Counted from the first letter of the stretch, positions 26,021-36,400 are shown. The stretch: DNA of 58,367 bases from an uncultured bacterium (GCA_964593155.1 CAZQHE010000005.1:1-58367); one strand, 5' to 3'. Made by a program: numbers and translations. The notes: a model not told the origin generated them from the sequence alone.

Positions 26021-27856
26021 TTGTGCGGGGCGCAACAGGAAGGACGGTACGTGACCCACGAAGTCCATCCCGAAGAAGCTGCGTCGAAACGCAAGCTCGC
26101 AGAGAAGTTGAAACGGGCCGAGAAGACGGCTCGCCAGAAGGCCATCAAGGAGCGCGAGAAGTTCCGCGGCCTGCAGATCCGACCCACCGCGTCGTTCTTC
26201 GACGATGCCGAGGCCAAGGAGCCCGGCGAGGACAACTGGGAAGGGTTCGGGTTCGACATCCACCCGCACGTGACGCTCACATCGTCTCTGGTGCTGGCGG
26301 TGTTCATCACCCTCACCCTCATGTTCCAGGACAAGGCGGCGGCGGTCGCCGACAGCGCGCTCGCCTGGATGTCGAGCGGCTTCGGCTGGTTCTTCATCCT
26401 CGCCGCGAACATCTTCATCGGAGCGGCGTTGTTCTTCGCCTTCAGCCGCTTCGGGAAGATCAGGATCGGTGGATCCGACGCCCAACCCGAGTTCTCCACA
26501 CCTGCCTGGTACGCCATGCTGCTCAGCGCGGGCATGGGGATCGGTCTGATGTTCTGGAGCGTTGGCGAGCCCATGTTCCACTACGCCACGCCCTCGCCCA
26601 TGTTCAACGGCATCGAGCCGCAATCGCCCGAAGCGGCGCAGGCGGCGATGGGGGTGACCTATTTCCACTGGGGCCTGCATCCGTGGGCCATCTACGCAGT
26701 GGTCGCGTTGGGTCTGGCCTTCTTCGCCTACAACCGCGGATTGCCGCTGACGATCCGTTCGATCTTCCATCCGCTCCTGGGCAACCGGATCCACGGTGGC
26801 TGGGGCAATCTGATCGACGTGCTGTCGGTGTTGGCGACGCTCACAGGTCTGGCGACGTCGCTCGGACTGGGCGTGAAACAGGTGAACGCCGGTCTGAACT
26901 ACCTGTTCGGTCTGAACATCAGTCCGGAGATGCAGGTCATCCTGATCGCCGTGATCACCGGATTCGCCGTGATGTCGGTGATGGCCGGCCTCGATGGCGG
27001 CGTGAAACGTCTGAGCGAGTGGAACATGGGCCTGGCGGGCATCCTGATGATCTTCCTGCTGATCGCGGGCCCGTCGATCTACATCCTCAGCGGCTTCACC
27101 CAGAACATGGGCTTCTACCTGACCCACCTTGCCGAACTGAGTCTGTGGACCGAGACCTTCCGCGAGTCGAACTGGCAGGGCAGCTGGACGGTGTTCTACT
27201 GGGCATGGTGGATCTCGTGGTCGCCCTTCGTGGGCATGTTCATCGCCCGTATCTCGAAGGGCCGTTCGGTCCGCGAGTTCGTACTGGGCGTGATGATCGT
27301 TCCCACGCTGCTGTCGTTCGTGTGGATGTCGGTGTTCGGCGGATCCGCCCTGTCGCTGCAGGCGAGCGGAACCGCGGACATTCTCTCGGCGGTGAACGAG
27401 GACGTCTCGACGGCGCTCTTCGCCATGTTCGAGCACTTCCCGATGACCCAGGTGCTGTCGGGCATCGGAATCATTCTGGTGACGGTGTTCTTCGTCACCT
27501 CCTCGGACTCGGGCTCGCTGGTCGTCGACCATCTCACCTCGGGTGGGAAGCTCGACTCGCCGGTTCCGCAGCGCGTGTTCTGGGCCGTCATGGAGGGTGT
27601 CGTGGCCGCGGTGCTGCTGCTCGGCGGCGGATTGAGTACGCTTCAGACGGCAGCGATCACCACGGGGCTGCCCTTCGTCGTCGTTCTGTTGCTGATCATC
27701 TACGCGCTCTACGTGGGTCTATCGCAGGAGCTCTACGTGGAGGAAGCGGTCGAGAAGAAGCTGCAGGACGTGGTGGAACAGCACCGTGTGACCGAGGCGG
27801 TGGCTTCGGCGCAGGAGGACCTGACCGACGCGAAGGACGGCAAGCCGGTGTCCTGA
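26021..27856 (+). CDS. BCCT-family betaine/carnitine/choline transporter
   Basis: 12-TM protein with the BCCT Trp-rich signature (WTVFYWAWWISWSPFVGMFIARIS). Charged N- and C-terminal extensions. Confidence 0.85.
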   Translation: MCGAQQEGRYVTHEVHPEEAASKRKLAEKLKRAEKTARQKAIKEREKFRGLQIRPTASFFDDAEAKEPGEDNWEGFGFDIHPHVTLTSSLVLAVFITLTLMFQDKAAAVADSALAWMSSGFGWFFILAANIFIGAALFFAFSRFGKIRIGGSDAQPEFSTPAWYAMLLSAGMGIGLMFWSVGEPMFHYATPSPMFNGIEPQSPEAAQAAMGVTYFHWGLHPWAIYAVVALGLAFFAYNRGLPLTIRSIFHPLLGNRIHGGWGNLIDVLSVLATLTGLATSLGLGVKQVNAGLNYLFGLNISPEMQVILIAVITGFAVMSVMAGLDGGVKRLSEWNMGLAGILMIFLLIAGPSIYILSGFTQNMGFYLTHLAELSLWTETFRESNWQGSWTVFYWAWWISWSPFVGMFIARISKGRSVREFVLGVMIVPTLLSFVWMSVFGGSALSLQASGTADILSAVNEDVSTALFAMFEHFPMTQVLSGIGIILVTVFFVTSSDSGSLVVDHLTSGGKLDSPVPQRVFWAVMEGVVAAVLLLGGGLSTLQTAAITTGLPFVVVLLLIIYALYVGLSQELYVEEAVEKKLQDVVEQHRVTEAVASAQEDLTDAKDGKPVS

Positions 27857-27874
27857 GCCCATTCGACCGGTGTC

Positions 27875-27912
27875 GGGGGTTTGCGATCACGTGATCCGCG
27901 ATCGCAACCCCC
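27875..27912. terminator. GC-rich nested-palindrome hairpin immediately after the BCCT stop (putative terminator or protein-binding site)
   Basis: GGGGGTTTGCGATC ...loop... GATCGCAACCCCC gives a 13-bp stem with one bulge. It contains a perfect GATCACGTGATC palindrome and a GCGATCGC octamer. There is no U-tract. Confidence 0.4.
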
Positions 27913-28303
27913 CAAGTCACCATAATCGACGTAGTCGAAGTGATTGCAGGGAGTTCGCGCGGCCGTGCGCCGGAATCACGGCCAGGGCGCCACGATCGTG
28001 CGGAACTTCTGCAAACTTCCCTTGAAACTCTCACGCGAGATGTCAGAGTCACTGGCGTCTGACGTCGTATCGGAGATTTCTGCGCCTCCATGCCGAACCC
28101 ATCGGGTTCGTTGCCCCCTCCGTGTGCCGGGCACGCGTAGGCGCGGGCTGGCCGTGTCACGAGCGCCGGCGTCCAATGCCGAAGCGCGCGTCGGAAATTC
28201 GTCTTCGAAGCGGCCGCGAGCGATCTCCCGCTGTTCGAGCGGGACCCGTCCGCATGACGGGACAGCCCGGCACGATCGCTCGCCGGCGACCCTCAACGAA
28301 TGG

Positions 28304-29533
28304 ATGTCCATGAAGAACTCCGTGAACGAACGACCGAATCGCATCCCTGGCCTGATCCTGCTCGCCGCCATCGTGGCGCTGGCCGGACCTCTGGCCGAGT
28401 TCGCCCGCGCGCAGGACGCGTCGATCAACTACGGCGGGGCTCTCCGCTACAACTACCGTGTGCAGTCGTGGGACTCGGCCGAGAGCAATCGTGACAAGGG
28501 TGGAGAGTTCCTGCTCGACACGATCCGCTTCGAGGCCGACGGCTCCTACAAGGACCTGACGATCTCCGCCGAGTACCGTTTCTACTCGGGCTACCACATG
28601 CTGCACCACGGCTACGTGAGCTGGGACTACGCCGATCACTCGGAAGTGATGCTCGGTGTGCACCAGGTGCCCTTCGGGATCACGCCCTACGCCTCGCACA
28701 ACTGGTTCTTCGACGTCGGCTACTACGTCGGTCTCGAGGACGACTACGACGCGGGCATCCAACACGTGACCACTGGTGACAACTGGGACCTGCGTCTGGC
28801 CTTCTACAAGGAGGACGAGGGGAACGGTACCGGGAACAGCCGGGACAGCGCGCGCTACTCCTACGACGTGATCCGAGGCGATCTGCCCAATCCTCTCGGC
28901 GGAACCGTCTCGCGCAACAACGAGGAGATCAACCAGTTCAACGGCCGGTACGCCTACACGGTCGAGCACGGCGAGAACGCGTCGACCGAGTTCGGCGTGT
29001 CGGGCCAGTGGGGTCAGGTGTACAACAACGACGTCGCGGAGACGGGCAGCCATTGGGCCTGGGCCGCGCACGCGAACGGCAACTACGGCAAGTGGAACGT
29101 CATGGCCTCGGCCATGGGCTACAGCTACGATCTGGAGTTGCCCGAGGACGATCCGCTGGGCGAGTTGGCCGACAAGGTCGTCGCCTTCGGTGCCTACGAC
29201 TTCCCGTACTGGATCGCGGCCGAGGGGCAGGTCTACTTGTTCAACGTCGCCTACAGCTCGGGCTGGGGCCTCGGGCCCTTCGAGAACCTGACCTTCTACA
29301 ACGACTACAGCACCATGCTGAAGTCCGAGGACGACTGGGAGACCACGCAGCAGAACGTGCTGGGCTTCTCGGGTGCGGCCGGTCCGCTGTACTGTTACTT
29401 CGACATCGCCATGGGCAAGAACCACCCGTGGCTCGGCGACTTCCCGTCGACCTGGACCTACGGTCTGGCGACCGGCGATCCCGACGCCGACTGGGAAGTC
29501 CGCTACAACATCAACTTCGGCTACTACTTCTAG
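28304..29533 (+). CDS. outer-membrane beta-barrel porin
   Basis: Start MSMKNSV with signal peptide (...ALAGPLAEFARAQ). Alternating aromatic/polar beta-strand pattern. C-terminal F (NINFGYYF). First gene upstream of proVWX. Confidence 0.65.
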   Translation: MSMKNSVNERPNRIPGLILLAAIVALAGPLAEFARAQDASINYGGALRYNYRVQSWDSAESNRDKGGEFLLDTIRFEADGSYKDLTISAEYRFYSGYHMLHHGYVSWDYADHSEVMLGVHQVPFGITPYASHNWFFDVGYYVGLEDDYDAGIQHVTTGDNWDLRLAFYKEDEGNGTGNSRDSARYSYDVIRGDLPNPLGGTVSRNNEEINQFNGRYAYTVEHGENASTEFGVSGQWGQVYNNDVAETGSHWAWAAHANGNYGKWNVMASAMGYSYDLELPEDDPLGELADKVVAFGAYDFPYWIAAEGQVYLFNVAYSSGWGLGPFENLTFYNDYSTMLKSEDDWETTQQNVLGFSGAAGPLYCYFDIAMGKNHPWLGDFPSTWTYGLATGDPDADWEVRYNINFGYYF

Positions 29534-29568
29534 GTCGTGACAGCTGCGCGTAGCCAGGAGGTGAACGC

Positions 29569-30843
29569 ATGACCGACGACGTCGTGATCGAGGCGAAGAA
29601 CCTCTTCAAGGTCTTCGGCCCGGATCCCGGCCAGGCCTTTCCCTTGATCGAAAAAGGTCTGAGCAAGGAAGAGATCCTGGAGAAGACTGGCTGCGTCGTG
29701 GCCATCAACGACGCGAACTTCCAGGTCCATCGCGGCGAGATGTTCGTCGTGATGGGCCTGTCCGGAAGTGGGAAGTCGACCGTGATCCGGTGCCTGAACC
29801 GGCTCATCGACCCGACGCGCGGACAGGTACTCGTGGGCGGCGACGACATCATGCAGCTCAGCGACGAGCAGCTGCGTGAGGTCCGTCGCAAGAAGATGTC
29901 CATGGTCTTCCAGCACTTCGGCCTGTTGCCACAGCGCACGGTGCTGAAGAACGTCGAGTTCGGGTTGGAGATCTCCAACATCGATCCCGAGGAACGGCGC
30001 AAGAAGGCCCAGGACGCCCTGGAGCTCGTGGGGCTGGCCGGCTACGAGTCGAGCCTGCCCAGCGAGCTCAGCGGCGGGATGCAGCAGCGCGTGGGCCTGG
30101 CCCGGGCGCTCGCCAACGATCCCGAGGTCCTGCTCATGGACGAGGCCTTCAGCGCGCTCGACCCTCTGATCCGCACCCAGATGCAGGACGAGCTGCTCGC
30201 CCTGCAGGACAAGATGCACAAGACGGTGGTCTTCATCACCCACGATCTCGACGAGGCGCTGAAGATCGGCGATCGCATCGTGATCATGGGGCCCGGTGGG
30301 AGCATTCGTCAGATCGGCACGCCGGAGGAGATCCTCACCGAGCCCGCCGACGACTACGTCGCCGAGTTCGTCGAGAACGTCGACCGGACCAAGGTGATCA
30401 CGGCCTCTTCGATCATGAAGAAGGCCGATCCGGTGGTCACTCCGAAGGACGGCCCCTCGGTGGCCGTGCGCCGCATGGAGAAGCTCGGCATCTCCACGGT
30501 GTTCGTGACCGATCACAACCGCGCACTGCGCGGGATCGTGAACATCGACGACGCGGTGAAGGCCCGGAAGGACAAGACCCTCGAGGGCATCCTTCGCGAG
30601 GACGAGGTCTACACGGTCTGGCCCGAGACCCCGCTCAGCGAGCTCATGGGGCAGGCCATGACCTGCCGCTATCCGATGGCCGTGGTCGATCATGACGGGC
30701 GTCTGTTGGGACTGCTCGACCGTGCGACCATCCTGGCCGAGGTCGAGGTCGAGTCCGACCAGGTGCAGACGCTGACCGAGCTGCAGCAGTCGCAGGACGA
30801 CGCGGGAGAATCCGGCGAGACCCCGACGCAGGAGCAGGAATGA
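29569..30843 (+). CDS. proV: glycine betaine/proline ABC transporter ATP-binding protein with tandem CBS domains
   Basis: Walker [10 protein letters not shown], signature [15 protein letters not shown] and Walker [13 protein letters not shown]-terminal CBS pair. Confidence 0.9.
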   Translation: MTDDVVIEAKNLFKVFGPDPGQAFPLIEKGLSKEEILEKTGCVVAINDANFQVHRGEMFVVMGLSGSGKSTVIRCLNRLIDPTRGQVLVGGDDIMQLSDEQLREVRRKKMSMVFQHFGLLPQRTVLKNVEFGLEISNIDPEERRKKAQDALELVGLAGYESSLPSELSGGMQQRVGLARALANDPEVLLMDEAFSALDPLIRTQMQDELLALQDKMHKTVVFITHDLDEALKIGDRIVIMGPGGSIRQIGTPEEILTEPADDYVAEFVENVDRTKVITASSIMKKADPVVTPKDGPSVAVRRMEKLGISTVFVTDHNRALRGIVNIDDAVKARKDKTLEGILREDEVYTVWPETPLSELMGQAMTCRYPMAVVDHDGRLLGLLDRATILAEVEVESDQVQTLTELQQSQDDAGESGETPTQEQE

Positions 30844-31709
30844 TGTTCGCTACCATCGGAATCGCACCCCTGGCCTTCCTCGACGCACTCGACGTCGGCA
30901 ACTTCTTCGAGAAGATCATCAGCTGGCTCGAGACCAACCTCGCGCCCTTCTTCGACGGCCTCGGGGCCTTCATCGAATGGGTGCTCGGTGGGATCGAGGC
31001 CGCGCTGATGTGGCCGCACTGGGCCGTGATCATCGCAATCCTGGTCTTACTGGCCTGGAAGTCCGCCGGCTGGCGTGTGGCCACGTTCTCGGTCATCGGC
31101 CTCCTGCTCGTGGTGCAGATGAACATGTGGGACGAGGCCATGGAGACCCTGGCTCTGATCGGCACCTCGGTCATCATTGCCCTGGTCGTCGCCGTCCCCC
31201 TCGGGATCTGGTCGTCCAAGAGTGACACCGTCGAAAGTGTCGTCCGGCCGATCCTGGACTTCATGCAAACGCTCCCCGCGTTCGTCTACCTCATTCCCGC
31301 CGTGCTGTTCTTCCAGCTCGGCAAGGTGCCCGGGGTGGTGGCGACCCTGATCTTCTCGTTGCCGCCGACGGTGCGTCTGACGAATCTGGGGATCCGTCAG
31401 GTGCCGAAGGAGATCAAGGAGGCGTCGCTCTCGTTCGGTGCGACGTCTCGACAGACCCTGTTGAAAGCCGAACTGCCCGTGGCCCTGCCGACCATTCTGG
31501 CCGGCGTGAACCAGACCATCATGCTGGCCCTGTCGATGGTCGTGATCGCCGGACTGATCGGCGCCGGCGGCCTGGGGAACCAGGTGGTCAAGGGCATCAC
31601 GCAGCTCAACATCGGGCTCGGATTCGAAAGTGGGATCGCCATCGTGATCCTCGCGATCTACCTCGATCGTGTCACCCAGGCGCTGGGCACCGCTACGCAG
31701 CGGGACTGA
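30840..31709 (+). CDS. proW: glycine betaine/proline ABC transporter permease
   Basis: ATGA overlap with proV. ProW/OpuAB-like TM pattern ([18 protein letters not shown]). Confidence 0.85.
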   Translation: MMFATIGIAPLAFLDALDVGNFFEKIISWLETNLAPFFDGLGAFIEWVLGGIEAALMWPHWAVIIAILVLLAWKSAGWRVATFSVIGLLLVVQMNMWDEAMETLALIGTSVIIALVVAVPLGIWSSKSDTVESVVRPILDFMQTLPAFVYLIPAVLFFQLGKVPGVVATLIFSLPPTVRLTNLGIRQVPKEIKEASLSFGATSRQTLLKAELPVALPTILAGVNQTIMLALSMVVIAGLIGAGGLGNQVVKGITQLNIGLGFESGIAIVILAIYLDRVTQALGTATQRD

Positions 31710-31735
31710 TGACCCAGCCGAAAGGAGAGTTCGTC

Positions 31736-32623
31736 ATGAACCTTCGTCGTTGGACCGGCCTCGTGGCCGTGTTCACCCTATTGACCTTCCTGCCCGCCTG
31801 TGGCGGCGGAGGTAATGGTGGTGGAGGCGAGCAGGCTGCTCAGACCGAAGACAAGACCGCCGACCTCGTCTACGTGAACTGGGAGGAGGGCGTGGCCTAC
31901 ACGCACCTGGCCAAGGTCATCCTCGAGGACAAGATGGGCTACGACGTCACCATCACCGCCGCCGACGTGGCTCCGGCCTACGCCGCCGTGGCGCAGGGTG
32001 ACCGGGACGCCTTCATGGAGACCTGGCTGCCCGTCCTCCACGCCGACTACGTCGAGCGCTTCGAGGGCCAGGTCGTCGATCTCGGCCACGTGTACGAGGG
32101 CACCCGGAGTGGTCTGGTGGTTCCCCAGTACGTGACCATCGACAAGATCAGCGAGCTGAACGCCCACGCCGACAAGTTCGACGGCGAGATCACCGGCATC
32201 GATGCCGGGGCCGGCGTGATGAAGACCACCGAGCAGGTGATCGAGGACTACAACCTCGATCTCGAGCTCATCGCGTCGAGTGGTCCGGCCATGACCGCCG
32301 CCCTGCAGAAGGCCTACAACGCGCAGGATTGGATCGTGGTGACCGGCTGGCGTCCGCACTCGATGTTCGGGCGCTTCGACCTGAAGTTCCTCGAGCAGGA
32401 CCCCGACAAGGAGGTCTGGGGCTCCGGGAACATCCACATCATGGGCCGCAGCGACCTGGAGCAGGACAAGCCTGAGCTGGCGCAATTCCTGAAGAACTAC
32501 TACTTCACGGACGCCCAGCTCAGCGGCCTGATGGTCGCCCTGAGTGGTCAGGACGACCTGGAAGCTGCCGCGCGCGAGTGGATGAACGCGAATCCGGATC
32601 TCGTCGAGAGCTGGATCCCTTAG
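31736..32623 (+). CDS. proX: glycine betaine-binding lipoprotein (OpuAC/ProX-like)
   Basis: Start MNLRRW. Lipobox LPACGGGG followed by a Gly/Asn linker. Confidence 0.8.
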   Translation: MNLRRWTGLVAVFTLLTFLPACGGGGNGGGGEQAAQTEDKTADLVYVNWEEGVAYTHLAKVILEDKMGYDVTITAADVAPAYAAVAQGDRDAFMETWLPVLHADYVERFEGQVVDLGHVYEGTRSGLVVPQYVTIDKISELNAHADKFDGEITGIDAGAGVMKTTEQVIEDYNLDLELIASSGPAMTAALQKAYNAQDWIVVTGWRPHSMFGRFDLKFLEQDPDKEVWGSGNIHIMGRSDLEQDKPELAQFLKNYYFTDAQLSGLMVALSGQDDLEAAAREWMNANPDLVESWIP

Positions 32624-32653
32624 TCCGTACCGGGACTCAATCCTGACGACACC

Positions 32654-32692
32654 GAGGCCGCCCTGGGGAACCGGGGCGGCCTCGTGTCTTCG
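32654..32692 (+). terminator. rho-independent terminator-like hairpin after proX
   Basis: GAGGCCGCCC-tggggaaccg-GGGCGGCCTC, a perfect 10-bp stem, followed by GTGTCTTCGG. Confidence 0.5.
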
Positions 32693-32806
32693 GAGCCGAG
32701 GATCGTCGCCGGATGGTGGCTCGCCAGCGGAGCCTCGGATGCGCTACGCTTCCGGTGGTCCCGCTTCGGGACCACGAGCCGCCCGTTCCCCCGCCGGACG
32801 GTCCCC

Positions 32807-34675
32807 ATGAAGCGAGTTCCGACGATGTCGCCCACCCGGATCACGGTGGTCTACGCCCTCGGCGCGACCATCTGGATCCTGGTGTCCGATCGACTCGTGG
32901 GTCGCTGGTTCCCCGACACCGACTCGTTCGTGTTGCTGCAGAACCTCAAGGGCCTGGCCTTCGTGGCGGCCTCGAGCGCGTTGCTCTACAGCGCCGTCGC
33001 CTTCGAACGTCGACGGGTCGAGCGCGTCGAACGGGCACGTCACAGCGACCGGGAACTGATCCGTCTGCTGACCGCTCTCGTGCGCGACGTCGTGTTCCGC
33101 TATCGCACGGTCGAGCCCCAGGGCTTCGACTACGTCAGTCCGGCGGTCATCGAACTCACCGGTCACTCCCCGCAAGAATACTACGACGATCCGGGTCTCG
33201 GCCGTCGCCATGTCCACGAAGAGGATGGGGCGGTGCTCGGCGAACGCATGGAGGAATCGCGTAAGCGACCCGTGGTCATGCGCTGGAAACACCGGGACGG
33301 GTCGACGATCTGGACCGAGATGAAGACCATCGCCGTGCACGACGACCACGGGAACGTCGTGGCGATCGAGGGGATCGCCCGGGACGTCACGGCCTTCCAG
33401 CGGGTGAACCGGCGTCTCGAGGTCGCTCTCCGCGAAGCCGAGCAGGCCCGTGGAGCGGCCCAGCAGTCGGAAGAGTACTCCAACCGCCTCCGTGAGGTGA
33501 TCACCGATCTGGTCGAGGCGTCGACCACGGACGAGGTCCTTGCACTGATTACCGAACGTGCGCACGACACGGCGCGTTCGCAGTCCTGTATCGTCGGCCT
33601 GGTCGACCCGACCGGCCGCTACCTCGAAATCGCCGACGCGATCCACGGTGGAAAACGGTCGCTGGACGATTACCAGCGCATTCCCCTCGAACAGGACACG
33701 ATCCCCACGCGCATCGCCCGGACGGGGGAAACCGTCTGGTTCCGGACACCGGACGAGGCGGAGCAATGGCTGCCCGGGGCGCGTGCGACGTTCGAGAGCT
33801 TCGGATCGACCAGCTACGCGGGCCTTCCGCTGGTCGTCGAGAGCCGCGTGATCGGCGTGCTCTCGTTCGCCTACGACGCCCCCCACGACTTCGACGACAG
33901 CGAGCGCGGATTCCTGCGGGCCATGGCCCACCAGTGCGCCGCGGCCTACGAACGTACGCGTCTGCGCGAGGCGACCGTGCAGTCCCAACGCCGTCTGCAC
34001 ACGCTCTCGCAGCAGATGATCGAGGCGCAGGAGAGCGAGCGCCGACACATCGCACGCGAATTGCACGACGAGCTGGGCCAGCTGCTCAGCGCCATGAACT
34101 TCAATCTGCACATCGCCATCGAGAAGCAGAAGGAGGTCGGCGGGGTGGTGTCGGCGGAACTCTACGACACCGTCGATCTCATCGAGGAGATGTTCGACCA
34201 GGTGCGAGCCCTGTCCCGAGAGCTCCGGCCCGCGATCCTCGACGATCTGGGGATCGGACCGGCCGTCGACTGGCTCGTGGAGCGCGTCGCCGAACGGTCC
34301 GGACTGGAGATACACCTCCACGATCGCATCGATCCGGACACCACGATCCCTTCGTCGATCGCCACCACTGCCTACCGTATCGTCCAGGAAAGCCTGATGA
34401 ACGTGACGCGCCACGCGCGGGCCCGGTACGTGGACGTGGACCTCGGCATCACCGAGAACGGCCTGCAGATCGAGATCCGCGACGACGGTCGCGGATTCGA
34501 CGTGGCCGAGGCCTTCCAGAGCGCCACCCGGGGTAGGAGCCTGGGCCTGCTCAGTCTGAGCGAGCGCGCCGAACTCGTGGGCGGGTGGACCGAGATCGTC
34601 TCCCGGATCGACGAGACACCGGGGACCACGGTCCGGGCCTGGCTCCCCCTGTCGCCGCGCGTCCTCGCACGGTGA
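32807..34675 (+). CDS. sensor histidine kinase (TM-PAS-GAF-HisKA_3-HATPase_c, NarL/LiaS type)
   Basis: Start MKRVPTMSPTRITVVYALGATIWILV. HisKA_3 H-box ERRHIARELHDELGQ. HATPase motifs (DDGRGFD, GLLSLSERAELVGG). No adjacent response regulator. Confidence 0.8.
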   Translation: MKRVPTMSPTRITVVYALGATIWILVSDRLVGRWFPDTDSFVLLQNLKGLAFVAASSALLYSAVAFERRRVERVERARHSDRELIRLLTALVRDVVFRYRTVEPQGFDYVSPAVIELTGHSPQEYYDDPGLGRRHVHEEDGAVLGERMEESRKRPVVMRWKHRDGSTIWTEMKTIAVHDDHGNVVAIEGIARDVTAFQRVNRRLEVALREAEQARGAAQQSEEYSNRLREVITDLVEASTTDEVLALITERAHDTARSQSCIVGLVDPTGRYLEIADAIHGGKRSLDDYQRIPLEQDTIPTRIARTGETVWFRTPDEAEQWLPGARATFESFGSTSYAGLPLVVESRVIGVLSFAYDAPHDFDDSERGFLRAMAHQCAAAYERTRLREATVQSQRRLHTLSQQMIEAQESERRHIARELHDELGQLLSAMNFNLHIAIEKQKEVGGVVSAELYDTVDLIEEMFDQVRALSRELRPAILDDLGIGPAVDWLVERVAERSGLEIHLHDRIDPDTTIPSSIATTAYRIVQESLMNVTRHARARYVDVDLGITENGLQIEIRDDGRGFDVAEAFQSATRGRSLGLLSLSERAELVGGWTEIVSRIDETPGTTVRAWLPLSPRVLAR

Positions 34676-34863
34676 GGTCGGTCACCGGGTCCGGGGTATC
34701 GCAACTCTGCCGACATATGGCAATCCGGGTCCCCGGTGTGCTCCTCGGCACAATTCCACACTTGAGGCCCTGAGCCTTTCCCCGACCCTTTCGGGAGGAC
34801 CTCGCGCCGCGAACGACGGAGACTCCCTGCCGTCGACGTCCGCATCCGCTCAGGAGGCTCGAC

Positions 34864-36264
34864 ATGCTCATCCCCCGCGCCGGCACGATGTCGGTGATCG
34901 TGACCCTCGCGCTGCTGGCGAGTCCTGCCCTCGCCGAAGACCACTCGGAATACGTCGAAGGCCCCTTCGAATCGGGGCCCGAGGTGACGGAGACCTGCCT
35001 CTTCTGCCACGACGACGCCGAGGAGGTCATGCAGAGCACGCACTGGACCTGGGCCCAGCCCCGGGACGGCGACGGCGACGACAGCGGCGATCTCCACGGT
35101 AAGATCAACGCGTTCAACAACTTCTGTATCGCGGTGAGCAGCAATTGGCCGCGCTGCACGAGCTGCCACGCGGGCTACGGGTGGGAGGACGCCTCCTTCG
35201 ACTTCGACGATCCCAACAACGTCGATTGCCTGGTGTGCCACGATCGCAGCGGGACCTACCGCAAGGATCCTGCCGGTGCCGGTGCCCCGGCCGACGACGT
35301 CGACCTCACCGTCGCTGCTCAGAGCGTCGGTGGCCCGCCCACGAAGGAGGCCTGCGGCAACTGCCACTTCTACGGGGGCGGCGGTGATCACGTGAAACAC
35401 GGCGACCTCGACAGCTCCCTGCTCGACGCCTCGTACGAGTTCGACGTGCACATGTCCGCCGACGCCATGGACTTCAGCTGCCAGGACTGCCACACGACCG
35501 AGGACCACCAGATCGCCGGCAACGCGCTCGCCGTGTCGCCCGACCACGGCAACGCGATCAGCTGTCTGGACTGCCACGGATCGGAACCGCACGAAGGCCG
35601 GCTGCTGAACCAGCACCAGCGGGTGGCCTGCCAGACCTGCCACATCCCTGCCTTCGCCAAGGGACGTCCGACCAAGGTCCACTGGGACTGGTCGGAGGCC
35701 GGGCAGGACCTCCCAGAGCAGACCGACGAGTACGGCTTGCCCACCTACTCGAAGAAGAAGGGCCGCTTCGTCTGGGACAAGAACGTCGAGCCGACCTACG
35801 CCTGGTACGACGGTACGGCCAGTGTCTACGGCCTGGGCGAGACCTTCGATCCGGCCGAGCCCCTGGTGCTGGCGGCACCGAACGGATCGGTGGACGATCC
35901 CGACGCGAAGATCCATCCGTTCAAGGTGCACACCGGCCGCCAGATCTACGATCGCGAGCGGAACGTCCTGATCGTTCCCAAACTGTACGGCGACGGCGGC
36001 TACTGGGAGGACTTCGACTGGGCGAAGGCGGCCGAGTTGGGCATGGAGAGCGTCGACCAGCCCTTCAGCGGCGACTACGGCTTCGCCGACACCAAGATGT
36101 ACTGGCGGCTGAACCACATGATCGTGCCCGGAGATCTGGCCCTGCAGTGCCGCGACTGCCACGCCCGCGGTGAGAGTCTCGACTGGCAGGCGCTGGGCTA
36201 CGAGGGCGATCCCATCCGGACCCGACGGTCGGAGAACATCGTCGATCCGGACGAGAGTCGTTGA
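34864..36264 (+). CDS. secreted octaheme c-type cytochrome (OTR-like)
   Basis: Signal peptide. Eight CXXCH motifs: CLFCH, CTSCH, CLVCH, CGNCH, CQDCH, CLDCH, CQTCH, CRDCH. Confidence 0.8.
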   Translation: MLIPRAGTMSVIVTLALLASPALAEDHSEYVEGPFESGPEVTETCLFCHDDAEEVMQSTHWTWAQPRDGDGDDSGDLHGKINAFNNFCIAVSSNWPRCTSCHAGYGWEDASFDFDDPNNVDCLVCHDRSGTYRKDPAGAGAPADDVDLTVAAQSVGGPPTKEACGNCHFYGGGGDHVKHGDLDSSLLDASYEFDVHMSADAMDFSCQDCHTTEDHQIAGNALAVSPDHGNAISCLDCHGSEPHEGRLLNQHQRVACQTCHIPAFAKGRPTKVHWDWSEAGQDLPEQTDEYGLPTYSKKKGRFVWDKNVEPTYAWYDGTASVYGLGETFDPAEPLVLAAPNGSVDDPDAKIHPFKVHTGRQIYDRERNVLIVPKLYGDGGYWEDFDWAKAAELGMESVDQPFSGDYGFADTKMYWRLNHMIVPGDLALQCRDCHARGESLDWQALGYEGDPIRTRRSENIVDPDESR

Positions 36265-36400
36265 CGCCGAGCGAACGCGATGGGGACTCGTCCCGACCGG
36301 CACCGGGGCGAGTCCCGACGAGAAGACGGAAGGCTTCCCCGGAGGACGAACCCACGGGTTTGCCCAGGTTGGAACCCAGACCACTCGAACGGAGGATCCG

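Noticed and set aside
32684-32806. Upstream Met of the histidine-kinase ORF (also of the porin at 27944, adenosine deaminase at 21934, HtrA at 23926, MgtC at 40424, and the adaptor at 52611)
   Set aside because: The extensions are low-complexity, overlap upstream genes or terminators, and precede obvious signal peptides or first TM helices. Internal Met starts were chosen instead.
34864-36264. Idea that the octaheme cytochrome is a cargo of the adjacent encapsulin
   Set aside because: It has a Sec signal peptide, so it is exported, and it has no C-terminal LGIGK-type targeting peptide. Encapsulin shells assemble in the cytoplasm. The adjacency is more likely coincidental.
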